Part shown: in pieces, positions 62,596-64,000 of the stretch | Numbering within the stretch: position 1 is the first letter of the stretch | How the letters are laid out: each line of letters begins with the position of its first letter | Source: Phoronis australis | Lineage: Eukaryota > Animalia > Phoronida | Assembly (NCBI GenBank): GCA_002633005.1 | Contig: NMRA01000020.1 | Coordinates: 25,621 to 89,620 of the forward strand | DNA: 64,000 bases | Direction of reading: 5' to 3' | Translations under genes and position numbers: made by a program | Notes under the pieces: generated by a model | The model's database searches: none | Told to the model about the DNA's origin: nothing | The model's input: only the letters and a program-made list of their open reading frames with translations

Positions 62596-63488
62596 GAAAC
62601 ACTCATTTTGAGTAGCAAGAGATTTCTATTGTATTTACTTCACCAGACAGTATGAAACACTCACTTTGAGTAGCAAGTGATTTCTATTGTATTCTACTTC
62701 ACCAGACAGTATGAAACACTCATTTTGAGTAGCAAGAGATTTCTATTGTATTTACTTCACCAGACAGTATGAAACACTCACTTTGAGTAGCAAGTGATTT
62801 CTATTGTATTCTACTTCACCAGACAGTATGAAACACTCATTTTGAGTAGCAAGTGATTTCTATTGTATTCTACTTCACCAGACAGTATGAAACACTCATT
62901 TTGAGTAGCAAGTGATTTCTATTGTATTCTACTTCACCAGACAGTATGAAACACTCATTTTGAGTAGCAAGAGATTTCTATTGTATTTACTTCACCAGAC
63001 AGTATGAAACACTCATTTTGAGTAGCAAGTGATTTCTATTGTATTCTACTTCACCAGACAGTATGAAACATTCATTTTGAGTAGCAAGTGATTTCTATTG
63101 TATTCTACTTCACCAGACAGTATGAAACACTCATTTTGAGTAGCAAGAGAATTCTATTGTATTTACTTCACCAGACAGTATGAAACACTCACTTTGAGTA
63201 GCAAGTGATTTCTATTGTATTCTACTTCACCAGACAGTATGAAACACTCATTTTGAGTAGCAAGTGATTTCTATTGTATTCTACTTCACCAGACAGTATG
63301 AAACACTCATTTTGAGTAGCAAGTGATTTCTATAGTATTCTACTTCACCAGACAGTATGAAACACTCCTTTTGAGTAGCAAGTGATTTCTATTGTATTTA
63401 CTTCACCAGACAGTATGAAACACTCATTTTGAGTAGCAAGTGATTTCTATTGTATTTACTTCACCAGACAGTATGAAACACTCATTTT
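62596..63488. repeat. 58/59-bp tandem array, 15 full copies plus a partial copy, in an OSBPL8 intron
   Basis: Unit GAAACACTCATTTTGAGTAGCAAG(T/A)GATTTCTATTGTATT(C)TACTTCACCAGACAGTAT. Units are near-identical and have no spacers. Confidence 0.97.
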
Positions 63489-64000
63489 CTATCATGAAAT
63501 ACAAGCTTCATATAATTCTCAAATGACAAACTGTTGCCTTCTTTGGAATATTTTTTCTTACTAAAACAACGACACTAAGACTAACATTGATATGCACCCA
63601 CCGTGCACATAGCAAAGTAAATGTAAGAGTGCTAGAGTGAGAAACAGTGAAACGCAACTGTCAAGTTTATTGAAAATCATTCAATACACCATATAGATAG
63701 TGAGGCAGGCTCAAAAAACAAAACTGACACCAAAAGGCGGGCGTAGCAGTACTCCGATTCTTATGAAAATCAACGTCAGACATGGTCTCCTCACCAAAAA
63801 CATAGCTGTTAAACTTCACAGCAATCTACCAATACTGACTAGGCAGGCGCAAAAAAAATAAAATTGCCACTTGAGATGTAGTGATATTCGGATATATCCG
63901 AAAATCAATATCAGCCATATTCTTGTCAATGGGAACATATCCCTCAAACTTTCTGACCATTCTCCAAACTGTTTGGCAGACAGAGGCAGATTTCAAAAAC

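Noticed and set aside
62596-63488. CRISPR-like or ribozyme array (GAAAC end, internal palindrome, CTGGTGA...GAAA on the minus strand)
   Set aside because: There are no unique spacers and no cas genes, and it lies in a eukaryotic intron. The hammerhead core is mismatched and stems I and II do not form.

Overview
AT-rich animal (invertebrate-type) nuclear DNA from a draft assembly, with single-N gaps at 1448 and 2657. It is not prokaryotic, and most short ORFs in the track are noise. Four spliced genes can be rebuilt by hand with GT-AG boundaries and consistent phases. (1) An SR splicing factor with one RRM and an RS domain (+, 1477-15668, 7 exons including a 12-nt microexon). (2) BLTP3/UHRF1BP1(L), a bridge-like lipid-transfer protein (-, 19396-49132, 18 exons, about 1484 aa). 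(3) Mitochondrial SSB, SSBP1 (+, 49398-56607, 6 exons, 152 aa), head-to-head with BLTP3. (4) The last two exons of an ORP5/ORP8 (OSBPL8-like) gene (-, 61317-62180). The introns hold many non-autonomous elements (Merlin/IS1595-like, hAT-like, ISL2EU-like with a THAP stub, Helentron/HINE-like, TTAA MITEs, tRNA-derived SINE relics) and several minisatellites. The best leads are a CCA-rich candidate poison exon in the SR gene that opens with an in-frame TGA, an inverted pair of decayed minimal hammerhead motifs around a tRNA-like segment next to the microexon, and inverted MITE copies around in-frame SSBP1 exons 3-5. I found no clear evidence of a wholly new multi-gene system. Gene names come from remembered motifs, not database searches.
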